A stretch of 62,000 bases of DNA from assembly GCA_013239625.1 (NCBI GenBank), contig MU053881.1, positions 5,291,957-5,353,956 on the forward strand, written 5' to 3'. Positions within the stretch are counted from its first letter, which is position 1, and each line of letters opens with the position of its first letter. Under the pieces are notes generated by a model. The model made no database searches. It saw only the letters and a list, made by a program, of their open reading frames with translations, and had not been told where the DNA came from. Shown piece by piece: positions 1 to 12,279 of the stretch. Made by a program: the position numbers and the translations under genes. The DNA is from Lama guanicoe (lineage: Eukaryota).

Positions 1-84
1 AGCGCCCGCCCGTGTGCCAAGCCCCGGGTCACGCTCATTACAGACGGGGACATGTCACTGTCTTCTTGCACCAACTCTGGGGTG

Positions 85-500
85 GCCTTTTCTTCCCATT
101 TCGTAGATGGGAAGCTGAGGGTCAGGATGGTGGTTTCCTTGCTCAGGGTCACAGGTGAGTAAGTGGTGGGGCTGGTATTTGCATCTGATACCAGAAGCAG
201 GTTTCATGAGTTTTCAAAGGAAGGACCGACCAGGAAACCAGTGAACTGAAGAACAGTTACTTTTTCACCTGCTCATCGAGCCATCCAATCAAACAATCAG
301 AAGAGCCAACATTCCCTGAGTGGCTGCTGTGTGCCACTCTTAGTTCATCTTAATAACAATAGAAAATAGGTACACTTCGTACCTCCATTTCATCAGTCAT
401 GAAACTGAGATTCAGAGAGGCTGAGCAACTTGCCCAAAGCCACACAGCATTGAAGAAGTGGGATCAGGACTCCAATGCCAGAGCTCCTCATGCTCCCCAG
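85..500 (-). mobile_element. Two MIR SINE fragments (~85-190 and ~305-500)
   Basis: MIR core reverse complement: cccatttcgtagatgggaagctgagg...agggtcacag and gaaactgagattcagagaggctgagcaacttgcccaaagccacacagc. Confidence 0.8.
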
Positions 501-595
501 CCAGGCCATGTGCCGGGCTGTGTCAAACAGACTTGACCAACGTCTAGGCGCTGCCTTCCAGGTGCTCCTGAGAAGAATTTGGTGGCCTGTTTCTT

Positions 596-648
596 TCTTC
601 TTCTTTCTTTTTTTAAATTATTTTTATCGAAGTATAGTTGATTTACAA
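596..648 (-). mobile_element. Extremely 5'-truncated L1 3' terminus (artiodactyl-type) with 15-bp TSD
   Basis: T-rich tail plus tttatcgaagtatagttgatttacaa, the same terminus as the L1 at 51291; flanked by ggtggcctgtttctt (581-595) and ggtggcctttttctt (649-663). Confidence 0.8.
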
Positions 649-939
649 GGTGGCCTTTTTCTTAGAAAGGTTATTCAGAAAATTCAGCCTGATCACCCCT
701 CTCTATAAACTTCCAAAGAGGCAAAGCCAAGTGGTGGTGTCCACAGAGAGGAGGAGGGCCTCACCCCACCGTGCTCGTGTGAAGCGGCAGCTCGTCCACC
801 CTCTCTGTGGGCCTCTCCTTCCACTTCAGTGGGGAGAGGGTGCCTTGGGTGATGGTGGTGCCGATATGCGCAGCCTTGCTGAGGGTTCCTGGGGAGAGCA
901 GAGAATGGAGGAAGCCGCCACGATTCGTCCCTCCCCAGT

Positions 940-1395
940 TATTATGGGCTGAACTGTGTCCCTTTGAAATTCATATGTTGATGTCCTAACTGAGGGCCTC
1001 GAAACATGACCTTATTTGGAGATAGGGTCTTTGCAGAGGTAACCAAGTTAAAATGAGTCCATTCGGGTGGGCCCTATTCCAACATGACTGATACCCTTCT
1101 AAAAAGGGGAAATTTGGACACCGAGACAGACACAGAGGGAAAACCCACACACACAGAGAACACCATCTGAAGATGAAGACTGAGATCAGGGTGATGCCTC
1201 CAAAGCCAAGGAACACTGAATATTGCCGGTAACTGCCGGATGCTGGGAGAGGGGCCTGGAACAGATTCTCCCTCCCAGTCCCCGGAAGGAACCAACCCGC
1301 CAACACCCTGCGCTCAGCTTCCAGCCTCCATTTCTGCTGTTGAAGCCACTCAGTTTGCTGCACCTGGTTACAGCAGCCCCTAGCAGACCAGTGCA
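940..1395 (+). mobile_element. MaLR solo LTR (MLT1B/C-like)
   Basis: Starts tattatgggctgaactgtgtccc; contains gaccttatttggagatagggtctttgcagaggtaa; ends ttacagcagcccctagcagaccagtgca. Confidence 0.9.
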
Positions 1396-2044
1396 GCACC
1401 AGCCTTCTCTACAAGGTCTTCTTCACCAGCAATCTCAGTTTTCCCACCCGATATCTGAGCATCCCCCGGGAGGCTGTGTGAGATGGGGAGGTCGCAGGAA
1501 GAGCAAGGCTTCAAGGCCAGATCGAGCCTGCCGTGGTCCCCGGCACCAGGCAGGCAAACCTCTGAAGGCCACTTTGGAGACAGCCCTCCTTTGACAGGTG
1601 AGGAAGCGGGAAGAGGCGTCACGGGAGGGAGCATCTGCTAACAGCCTGGGAATCAGACCCGCTTCACTCCTCTTCAGGGCTCAAAGCTGTCAGAGCTGTG
1701 CCCTCTTGCTTTCCAGGAGGAATGAAAGTGAGGACTGAGGCAGAGTCACCTCCGCTGTCTGGAAGCCACAGAGGCTGGCGCACCAAGCCACTGCGGAGCC
1801 CTCAGCCGGCTGCCATCAGTGCAGCAGGACGCGCTGGGCTCAGGCCCGCCACCTACCCCACCCCCAGATTTTCACATCACTTCGTGGGCTACAAGTGAGA
1901 TGTGCCCCGTCCCTCCACAGAGCAGGGAGCCCCCAGAGAGGTGCTGAATCTTCAGCCTAGCTCTGCACCCCACTCCCCACCATACATCCCTGCTTCTCCA
2001 CTGCTCCCCTTCCAGCTCCCACCCCCCACCCAGGGGCAGGGGAG

Positions 2045-2310
2045 CAGATGAGACAACGCTTGTAACACACTTAGCACGGTGCCTAGTGTATATGGTTGGT
2101 GCTCAGTAAGTGGCGGCGATCATTATTATTATTATTCCCATTTATGATTATTACCTACCCACGTGGCAAAGACAAATAGGGAAGGACAAAGTCACAAACC
2201 GGGGTTCAGATCCCAGCTCTGTCTCTCCCAGCTAAGTGACTCTGGACAAGTCCCCCCACCTCTCTGAGCCTCAGTGTCCTCACCTGTTCAGTGGGAACAA
2301 AACTCCCCAT
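2045..2310 (+). mobile_element. MIR fragments (3' tail ~2045-2135; core ~2200-2310)
   Basis: cttagcacggtgcctagtg...gctcagtaagt; gggttcagatcccagctctg...gtgactctggacaagt...ctctctgagcctcagt. Confidence 0.75.
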
Positions 2311-3119
2311 CTCCAAGGGTTGTCAGAAGAATTGGATGGGGAAACATGTATGAAGCTGCCTGGTAGCTGGTTGGAATTAAAAAAATAAACGAGCGTCTCC
2401 TGCTGCCAAGCTGTTCCCCTACTCCTGTGGAACGTATCAAACGAAATGTTACCTGTGAAAGCCCCTGGCACGTAGAGGGTGCTCGGGCAGTGTTTGAACC
2501 TGAACAGACAAGCTGCATGTTATCTAAGAGGTGTGGCAACTGCGCTTGTGTACATGTCAATGCGATGCCATCGAGGGCCCAGCGCATCTCCGCCCGCCCA
2601 CCCATGTGGCATATATGCTTTTGCTCAGGCGGTAGATTAGGAAAGGGATCCAGCTTATCTCTCAGGGGTGTTGTGGCCCCTCCCAAGCCCTGTCTTGCAG
2701 GGGCAAGACCTACCTGCCAGCAGCAGCCCCAGTACAAACCTCAAAGGAAACCTTGGGCGTCGTTCTGGGCTGGGTATGCAAAGCTTGAGGTGTTCTCGTC
2801 ATTTATTTGGTTTGTAACCTTCCAGGATGCTCTGCCACCCTGCCTCCCCTCCTTGTGTGTGACAGCATGGAAGAGGGGAGGCTTTGTCATCAGCTCGTGT
2901 CTGTCCCTGGCCCGCCAGAAGGTAGCTGGCCCCCTGTCTGATGGGATCTGGGAGTGGGAGTTTCATAGCTTAATGCAAGGGGACACTGAGGCCCCCAAAA
3001 CAGCCACAGCTCATGAGAAGCCAAAGCAACACCAAGATCCAGGGTTCTGATCCCAGCCCAACTCTCCCTTTTCTAAACTCCTGGCCTCTGAGCTAGAGGT
3101 CCAGCTGGGATCAGAGCTG

Positions 3120-3592
3120 GGGGCTTGACACTCTTCCTACCAAGGGTTGGATTTGACTTCTCATCCCTTGAAACTGGGTGGCCTTGTGACCTGTTTTGGC
3201 CAATAGAACGGAGCAGAAGCAATAGCGAGCCAGTTCTGAGCCCAGACTTCAAGAGGCCCTGCACACTTCCACTCTCTGTCTTGGACCCCTGCCTCCACCA
3301 TGAGAACAAGCCCAGGAGAATTTGATTGAGGAAGAGAGGCCATATGGAGCAGAGATGAGTTGTCTCAACTAAGGCCATCCAAGACCAGCCATCCCCTAGT
3401 GAACTCGCCAGTCAACCTTGGACACATGGGGAAGTACAGCCAAAATCAGCTGAGCTATGTTATGACCAGATCAGTAATACTGCCCAGCCACCTTGGTGAC
3501 TGGTGAGACAAATGCATGATTGTTGTTCTAAGCCATTAAGTCTTGGATTGTTTGTTACACAGCATTACTGGCAGCAAGAGATAACCGATACA
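3120..3592 (+). mobile_element. MaLR solo LTR (MLT1G/H-like)
   Basis: cccttgaaactgggtggccttgtgacctgttttggccaatagaa; ends ttgtttgttacacagcattactggcagcaagagataaccgataca. Confidence 0.85.
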
Positions 3593-3594
3593 AC

Positions 3595-4110
3595 TTCATC
3601 AAATTCCACTCCTTAGAATCTGCCTTGAGACACACACACAACACCAACAGAGATGAGGACAAGGAGGTTCACTGCATTGTTGTTTGTAATAGCAAAACAC
3701 CACAAGCAAACTTAAATATCCACCAGTGGGGAAATTGATTGATAAAGTATGATTCATCCTTACAGTGGAATTCTCAGCAACTAAAAAGAACAGGGCAGAT
3801 CTACATGGAGTAACATGGCAAGGTCTCTAAGATAGTTTGCTGACTGGAACAAGCCAGCTGAAGAATGATTGGTATAGAATTATTTCTGTAAGAACACACA
3901 CACACACACACAAATAACTACTAGGCATTTTCTACAGAAGCATTCTGCACATATAAAGAGGGACCCCCAGGAGAGGCGAGCAGATTGGGAAGGGAGCCCC
4001 CTTGGTGAAGTCAAAGGAATCTCAAGTCTTACATAAAATGTTTTAATATTCTTGTCATGTGAATTTACTTACAGATATTACTCATGTAATGAACAACTTG
4101 AGTCTCAAAA
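3595..4110 (+). mobile_element. Ancient L1 (L1ME-like) ORF2 end/3'UTR fragment
   Basis: gttcactgcattgttgtttgtaatagcaaaac...aaatatccaccagtgggg...cagtggaattctcagca. Confidence 0.7.
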
Positions 4111-4249
4111 ATTAGGTTAGTTGAGGTGGGGATTATGGCACATGGTCCTCGAATTCCCTCTCAAATCTCCAATTCTTATCATGAGAAGGTCAAGGGTCTG
4201 GTTCAGGACTCCCCAGATTTCATTTTCAAAATCCCGTGAAAGATGTAAG

Positions 4250-5035
4250 CCTGTGAAAAGATGCTTCGCATTGTTAATCGCCAGAGAAATGCAAATTTGA
4301 AGCCATAATAAGATACCACTACCTACCACGTAAATGGCTACAATTTAAAATATTGCCAACATCAAGTGCTGGCGACGAAATGGAGCAATTGAAGCTCTTG
4401 GACAAAGCTCATGGGGATGTAAAATGGCACGACCACTTTGAGAAAAGGTCTGGAAATTTCTCGTAAAACGACATGTACATTTGCCATACGACCCAGCATC
4501 TCCATTTCCCAGTTTGCTCGAGGGAAATGAAAACATGTTCACCTAAAGACTTGTGCGAGCACATTCATAGCTCCTGCGTTCACAAGAGCCCAGAACCGAA
4601 AGCAACCAAAATGTGTATCAACGAACGGATAGAGAAGCTGTGTCATAGCCGCATGACGGAATACAACTCTGCGGCAGAAAGGAACAGGGCACCGACACAT
4701 GCAACAAGGTAGGTGACTTTGTGAAATTAGCCTGATGCAAGAGAAGCCATGCTGGAGGACTCCACTTGTGTGAAATTTTAGAAAAGGTGAAACTAACATA
4801 TAGTGACAAAAAGGGGATGAGTGAGTGGCTATTTGGGGCAGAGACGGAGGTATTGACAGACAGAGGGCAGGAGGCAACTTTATCCAGAGATGGAAATGTT
4901 CCATATCTTGATTAGGTTGGTGGTTTTTATGAGTTATATGGTTTTATTGGTTTATGGGGTTTTTCTGCAAATGAATTGAACCGTGTTCTTATAACATGTG
5001 CATTTTTATTATATATAGATTATTCCTCAATCAAG
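4250..5035 (+). mobile_element. Old L1 (L1MB/ME-like) ORF2 end and 3'UTR
   Basis: aaaagatgcttcgcattgttaatcgccagagaaatgcaaatt...gacccagcatctccatttcc...aaatgtgtatcaacg; ends gattattcctcaatcaagctg. Confidence 0.85.
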
Positions 5036-6571
5036 CTGAGAGCGTGCGAAAGACATAACTCATCAACCCAGCGCGGCTGCCTCCCTAACTGGGAGAAAAA
5101 CAGCAACCAGCACTTCCCATTCTCCTTTCTCAGGCTCCTGGACCAGTCTTCCAAGACAATGAGTAATTAGCCGCGCTGGGAGTCTTGGATGCAGAGCCAA
5201 AAACAACAGCAGTATCACATCAAATGCCAAGACATCTCTGGCGAAGAGCTAAGCTCACACCCCCACCCCCCAAACGGCCAGTGTCCCCCGCAGAAGGAAG
5301 ACAGCCCCGCGGGGCAGCACGCTGCCAGGGCTGCCTTCCTCCTCCCTGAGAAAGCCATGCTGGGTCTCCTGCCGGGGAGGGAATTGCTAGGCCACCTGTC
5401 CCGCGGTGGTCCTCCCTGCGTGCCAGGAGCAGCTCTAGGCCCTTCCAGATCCCGCTTCCTCCTCTCTTCCCTCCAGGCCCAAGTTGGAGGGGACAACACT
5501 GAGGCCCCCAAGGGATGACTAGCCAAAGGGGCAGGAATCTTGACCTGCCTCTCTCCCACCCACTGCAGCCCCCTGGGGCTGAGGGTCCTCCGTTACAGAA
5601 CGGCGTCCGCCCCCAGCCCACCTCATCCCACCAGTCTCCAAGCCCCGTCCTCTCAACCCCTTCCTGTCCTCTGACCGCCACCCCCACCTTTCCCAGGGCG
5701 GAAGGGCGAGTGGGCTGGGCCAGGCTCCGAGCGGTCCTCCTAACGCCTCATTGTTCTTCGCTCACGCACATCTCCGTCCTGAGGGAGGCCCCTGACAAAG
5801 AAGGAAAGGATGCAGGGGATTTCTGGCCGCAGGGAGGACAAGGTTGGGAGGCGGGTTTCTGGGGGCCCTGGTGTCCCATCCCGCCCCTCGCGGAGGCCGT
5901 GGGTGTGGAGTCCGGACGTGAGCGTGGCAGGGTGTGGGGCTCTGGTCTGCGAGGGTCAGGCTTCCTGCAAAGGGGTGGGGTCTCTGGGGGCTGTAGCCTC
6001 TGGAAGGAGCCTTCTAGAGGTTGCCTCTGCATACCTTGCTTACAACTCATCCACTAGACCTCAAGTCCAAGCCACATAGCAGAGCCCTCAGGGTCCTGCA
6101 CTTCTGAGCCAAAATTCCCGACATCTGAGACCAGATGAGGAGGCTCTATGTGACGTTGTAGCTATAACATGTATTCTGAAGGCAGTAGAAAGCAACCAGA
6201 TGTGGGAATCCATAACACTGTCACCTGTGTGTCCTTGGGCAACTCACTCGACCTCTCTGATCTCTGGAAATAGGCACAGTAACAGAAGGTGGGGTTGAAA
6301 GTATTCAATAGGCACATATGTACCCTGCCTGACCCACACTAATGCCTCTGCCTGGCATAACTTTCCACCTGTCAAGTGTCTCTTCACCCCAGCAAGGTTC
6401 CGTCAAGTGTTTTCTTCCTGGGAAGCCACCAGACATTTAACCCCAGCTCACAGGACCCTACCCCGTTCTGTCTCCAAGGCCTTCCTACAGCTGTCAGGAG
6501 TCAGGACACGTGGTAAGTAGGAACACGCCCTCCCCCGCCCCCACACACACATAGGGCTGCTCTGAGGTTTA

Positions 6572-6713
6572 TTAATTTTTTAATTTATTAAAAAAATTGG
6601 TTTTCTTTCTTGCGAGGTTGGGGGGAGGTAATTAGGTTCATATATTTATTTATTAAGTGGAGATACTGGGGATTGAACCCGGGACCTTGTGCCTGCTAAG
6701 CACACACTCTACC
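6572..6713 (-). mobile_element. Camelid tRNA-derived SINE (Vic-1 type), 5'-truncated, inserted in a MIR
   Basis: Reverse complement gtagagtgtgtgcttagcaggcacaaggtcccgggttcaatccccagtatctcc + AT-rich + aacctaattacctccccc; TSD ctgctctgag(g/c)ttta at 6557-6571 and 6714-6728. Confidence 0.85.
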
Positions 6714-7586
6714 CTGCTCTGAGCTTTAAATGTGTTAATGCTAACTGATAACTTAGAACGGCTCCCGGCGCCGCGTAGTGAATATTCAGGGAAGTGTGGT
6801 GTCTCCTTGTCATTACTTTAGTGACTTTTGTCCTGGGTTAGAGCCGTCAGCCCTCCCCACTGGCTGCAAGCTCTTCTAGGATGGGAGGGGGCTTTATTCC
6901 CATCTGCATCCCCATTGCCGGCGCACAGTAGGAATCCTAACTTGGAGGAAGAGGGACTTGCCTTTGGAACTGGGATAATGACACTCGTGATTTAGCCCAT
7001 GTCGGTTTTGCGGGTCAGCTTAACCCTGGCTTGGCTTGGGCCTATCAAACTCTGGGGGAATCAGCAGAGCTGGCCGTGATCCTGAAAACACAGCCCAACC
7101 CCAAACCACTCCTCTTTCCAGCACACACATGGGACAGGTTGAGATAAATACTGGTGGTTTATCACAGGAAGGTTCATCTTGCCTCGGGGAGAGTGAGCAT
7201 GCGTGCACATGCAGCCAGCTGATTTATGGTGACCTGAGCCGAGCACTGAACCGAGCGAGGCCGTTTATCTACTTGGTTGGAGCAGAGGTCAAGAGAGAGA
7301 AGTCAGAGATGAAGCTAAATGTGGGACTTGAGTGGAGACAGGGGCTCGGTGCCTTTGTTAACTCCTGGGGAGTCTCTTAGGGGAGATGGTTGTGAGCCCC
7401 TCTGTGAATAGAGCCCACAGGTCATCGGGAAGGCTGGGCTTCTTGGGGAGACAGCCCTGGCCCAGGGCAGCGGTGGTGGCCGAGGACATCCTCAGCCCCC
7501 TGGTGTTGCCCAAGGGAAGCACAGCCTGCAGGAGGGAGGCTGAAGGGCGAGAAGAAGAACCATAATGGAAGAAGAGCTACTGTCAA

Positions 7587-8350
7587 AACAGAACCACAGT
7601 CCAGTCCTTCTCATCACCCCTGCCTTGGTCATAGCTCACCTGGAGGTTATGCCAGGTTACACTTCCAAGGGGTCTCCCTGCTGCCATCCCATTTTGCCTA
7701 AAATCAAGTCCAAAATGCAGTAAAGTGCCACCTTCACCTGCCCCACTGTAACTCCCCTGGTCATTGATCCCCTTCCTCAGCTCAGCCTCTTTTAACATTT
7801 CATTGACTCTCAATAACAAAACCTAGTGTTCTAGACTCCTGACTATCTTGGATTCCACTCACAGCATTACAACTAAGTTTCACCGTAGCCCCCATTCTCC
7901 CCTCTCCTTGACCTCTCCAGCCTGTTTTTCCCCTTCACCCCCTGTGCTCTGGTCACACTGGCCTCCTTGGTGTTTCTCTAACACTACAAACACACTTGCA
8001 CCTCAGGGCCTTTGCACTTACTGTTTCCTCTGCTAAGGATTCTCTTTCCAACAGGAAGGACTGCCTTCTCTTCTCCTTCAGATCTCTGTTCAAAAATCAT
8101 GTTTTCAATGAGGTCTCCCTGGAGCATCCTAGTTAGACTAGAATCCCCACCTCCTGCACATAGCACCCTCATCACAGTCAATTCCTTCCCCTGCTTTATT
8201 TCTCTCTGTAGTCCGTAATACCATTTGATGTATCTGTGTATTTATTTCTTCGCTTCTTGTTGGACCTGCTTGGGATTCACTGTTATACCCCTAGTTCTAA
8301 TGTTGGACTAGGCACTTTGTAGACACTCACTAGATAGCAATTCAGTGAAT
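7587..8350 (+). mobile_element. L2 LINE 3' region
   Basis: cacactggcctccttggtgtttctc...cctcagggcctttgcacttactgtttcctctgc; L2-type 3' end near 8270-8350. Confidence 0.8.
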
Positions 8351-8359
8351 AACTAATGA

Positions 8360-8950
8360 TAGCTAATATGTCATGACTGCTTAATATATATGCCCAGATA
8401 AGCATTGCATATCTCATTTTATTTAACACCACAATAACATGATGTAGATACTGTCCTTAGGCTCAGAGAGGTGAAGCGACTTGCCCATGGTCACACAGCT
8501 GGACTCAGAATTCAAACCCATCTGGTGTCAGAGCCCAAAGTGGTTACGGCCACTGACTTGTATAGAGAAGGGCTCATCATGGCCCAGCCCAGGGCGGATC
8601 GGGTGGAAAAGGACCTTCATCTGAAAAGAAATATAAAAAGGCAAAGGATAGAAATGTGTTTTTCTTGCAGCAAAATGGTCTGGGTGATTAAAGAGGAAAC
8701 TAGATATCAAAAGCAAATTTCACCTAAAATGAAATCACTACGGTTTCCTGAGAACCAAATGTGCACTGGGCATCAGCTAAGAACTTCACACACAAGACCC
8801 TGTTTCATCTTCCCGGTCACCCCGAGCAGCGCACACTGTTACTATGCCATCTGACGGTGGAGGAAAGCACAGCCCAGAGAGGTTAAGTAATTTACCGGAG
8901 GTCACGAAGTTACTGAGCAGCGCAGCTCATTCCACAACCTGGAGAGTAAC
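8360..8950 (-). mobile_element. Two MIR fragments (~8360-8560, ~8760-8950)
   Basis: aggctcagagaggtgaagcgacttgcccatggtcacacagct; gcccagagaggttaagtaatttaccggaggtcac. Confidence 0.8.
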
Positions 8951-10696
8951 TTCTTTAACCTGCTGCCTCTAATATCTCATCCTGTTAGACAGAAAGTCGG
9001 AAGCTCCCAAACTGTACCAGGCACTTGGCAAAGGGAGAGCTGGGGTCAAGCTTACCCTTTTCCCTCAGCACAATGCCTGGCAGACGTGGCGCTTAGTAAG
9101 CAGCTGCTGGCTGGCTGGCTGAATGAATGAATGAATGAATGAACGATTTGGGTGAGAGGATGAGTGGGCTCCAGCTGTATAACGTGATCTAAGCCCAGGC
9201 CAATGTCTCTGCTCCTTTAGAAGCCCATGTGGGGTTCGTTAGATGTCCAGACTCCTGGACCCCTTGGCAGACCCTGAGACCTGAGGCCCACGAAACTTCA
9301 TTTTTAACACATTCGCCAGGAGATTCCGACATCCCCCAAACTTCGAGAGCCACAGCTCTAAGGTCGGCTCAAACATCCCAGCTGAGCTGAGGCCCCTCGC
9401 TCAGGAAGCCCTTGGACTCTCCCACGGGGCATCCATCCGCCTGCTGCGCGAACAGAGCCAGCTGGAGGCGATCCAGGGAAAAGTGGGAGAGAGGACCAAG
9501 GGAGAGGACGGTGACTTATTAGGAAAGATGGAGGGAGCCGAGGGGGCAGTGTTTGTGTGAGGGAAAGCAGGAGCCATACATAAATCCTGGGGGACGGCCA
9601 GCTGCCCCGTCTGAGAGGCATCACACCTCCTGGGGTGCAGGCGTTACCAGGCCTAATGGGGGCAGGAATTATACAGGGGAACCTTGAACTCTGTGCCAGG
9701 CAGGCATTTATAACGGATAACTTAAACTGCTATCCCATTGTGATTTTCCAGCTTCATCAGCTCTGAGCCTGGACGGCCCTTAGACAACGTCTCACCCATT
9801 TGTATTTAAGCATTTAAAAGTTTTTTTTTTTAAAAAAAAAGCAATGGATTTCTTTGTTCAAATGAAATCGTACACATAATCCCATCTATTGGACAAATGA
9901 AAATAAAAATGGGGACATCTCCATAGGAGCCCAGGGTTCCAAGGAGCCCAGTGTGAAAACCACTGAACTCGGCCATGGTCCTCATCTTGGACAAGAAGTA
10001 ACTGAGACTCCAGACAGAGAAGGGAGCTGCCCTGGAGCACCCAAAGTTGAGCGGGGGCTGCTGGAGACCCAGGCAAACGGCACAGGCAACAATAACAACA
10101 ACAACAACAGTAAAAGTAACTTGCACACGGAGGGAGGGCTTCCCGTGCAGAGCCCTGCTTTCCTTCCCTTGCTCACCTGATCTAGTTTCACCGCAGCCCC
10201 ATGGTGGGCTATTACAACTCACATCTTACAGATGAGGAGACAAGGCACAGAGAGGTGGAGCATTGCAACCACGATCACGCTCCCTGGGGTGACTAACGTC
10301 ACGCCCGAGGCTCCGGGTCTACACCAGCCGTATGACTGGGGCTCCCCTCAGGAGCCACCCGCTTCCTTGCCTGGTAACTGCCACTCTTCTTTTAATTCCA
10401 GGTCGCAATCTCTCTTCTTCCGAAGAGGCTTTGCTGCCCCAGGGCACACGGCACCTCTCCCTTAGCGCACCAGGGTGACTCGCAGTCATTAGTGGAATAA
10501 ATAATCATGGTCATTTAAAAATAAAATCTTAAATCAGTTATTTCACCTGTCTCCTTCCAGACTGTGTATGCTCTCCATGAGGACAAGGCCAGGGTCTGGT
10601 TTCCGTGTGACCCCGGCACCCATCACATAGCAGGTAAGATCATTGGTTGACTGATTGACTAACACAGGGCACCGCGTGGATGCTGTAAGTTCCCAT

Positions 10697-11283
10697 CCAG
10701 TGGTTTCCACACCTGAGCAGCATCAGAACCACCCGAGGGTTCTTTAAAACACAGACTGCTCTGTCCCAGAGATTCTGATTCATTAGGTGTTGTGGGCTGC
10801 CTTCTGTCCCTTCAAAATTCATATGATGTTGAAGCCGTTAATACCCAGTTCCTCAGAATGTGATTGTATTTAGAGATAGGGCCTTTAAAGAGCTAATTAA
10901 GTTCAAATGGGGGTGGTTAGGGCTTTAATCTAATGACAGGTGTCCCCTTAAGAAGAGGAAATTAGGAGAGAGACAGTGAGAGCCGCCAGAAGTGGACACA
11001 CACAGGAAAGAGGTGCTGAGGACACGGCAGGAAGGGGGCCATCTTCCAGCTGAGAGAGGCCTCAGGAAAAAGCAACCCTGTTGACGCCTTGATCTTGAAA
11101 TTTCAGCCTCCAGAACATGAGAAAACACATCTCTGTTGTCTAAACCACCTGGTGGTACTTGGGGTGGCAGCCCAAGCAGACGATACAGTAGGTCTGGCGT
11201 GGAGGTGAGGGTTTTGCATTTCTGACAAGCAGCCAGGTGGTGTGGTACCGCTGGTGCAGGGGCCACGCTCGGAACTGCTGCTC
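10697..11283. mobile_element. MER5A-like hAT-Charlie DNA transposon split by an MLT1 LTR
   Basis: cagtggtttccacac...cagagattctgattcattagg / gtaggtctggcgtgg...tgcatttctgacaagc...ggaactgctg. Confidence 0.85.
10788..11187 (+). mobile_element. MaLR solo LTR (MLT1A/B-like)
   Basis: TG...CA ends (tgttgtgggctg ... gcagacgataca); 5-bp TSD ttagg/gtagg; gagatagggcctttaaagagctaattaagtt. Confidence 0.9.
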
Positions 11284-11779
11284 TTGACTCCGAGCGATGG
11301 GGAGGGAGGGGCTGCAGAATGAGGGAGGACTGGAGGGGTGGAGGGGGAAACTGCTGGCCAAGAATGCTGCCCTGGCATTTCCTGGGCTCTGGGGGAAGCG
11401 CTCTCCCCCGTGAATGTGAGCCCTGGAACAGGCCGATGTGTTCTGAGCTGTTACTCACTCTCCTTGTCCTTGGCTGGAGACACTGGGAAGGAATGGTTGC
11501 AGGTGGGGGTCTCCTCAGATACATCAGATCTCCCAGCTGGGGATCTCAGGGCCTGGTCACACGGAGGCAAACTCAGCCCAGCCCCTTGTCAGAGAGCTAG
11601 CAGTGCCAAGTGAGCAGAAGTCAGGGGAAGCCGATAGGTCGATGAAGTCCTAGCTCACTGGAGATGCTCCTGGCTAAGGCCCCCACCCCCAATCCTAGCA
11701 GGGGTCCTGCAGTGGGAAGCCAGGCACTGCTCACATTCCGCAGGGGCAGATCTGGTGAAGGAGACCGTTCCACGAACCT

Positions 11780-12060
11780 CCTTGAGCCTCAGTTTCCTCA
11801 TCAATAAAATGGGCATGCAAACATCTACCCCAAAGGATGGTGGTCAGGATTAAATACTGCAAATAATAAGCTGGCTTTTATCCCATGCTTATCAAGTGAG
11901 ACTCAATTTCATGTCAACATTACCATAACCCAGAGGCAAGTGTAAGTCCCATTCTATGGATGTGGAAACTGAGGCTCAGAGAGGTTGCCCAAGGTTTTAG
12001 GACAAGAGAGTGAAGCAGCAAGGATTCAACCCTGACTGCAGAGCCCACATTCAACCATGC
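11780..12060. mobile_element. Two MIR fragments in opposite orientation
   Basis: ttgagcctcagtttcctcatcaataaaatggg (+) followed by cccattctatggatgtggaaactgaggctcagagagg (-). Confidence 0.8.
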
Positions 12061-12279
12061 AAAACCTATCCCTCAGGAAGGAGCGTAGGGCTGGGCTGTT
12101 CCCTTGGCTCAGCTCGAATTCCTACAACCCAAGGTCATCTCTGTCAATTCTGAAAGGATAGGGCTTGCCCTATGAAGGCATCTTCCTCCCTTTCTCCAAC
12201 TCAGCCGTGCCAGTCACACCCTCTTCCTGATTTGTCACTTCACAAGGCTTGTCTGGTTTCCCACATTAGATGATACAAG

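Noticed and set aside
9570..9630. TATA-like tacataaat as a plus-strand promoter
   Set aside because: Imperfect box with no convincing downstream exon or donor.
11780..12060. Inverted MIR pair as a dsRNA/editing substrate (also 49360-49660)
   Set aside because: The copies are too diverged, and overlap too little of the consensus, to form a stable duplex.
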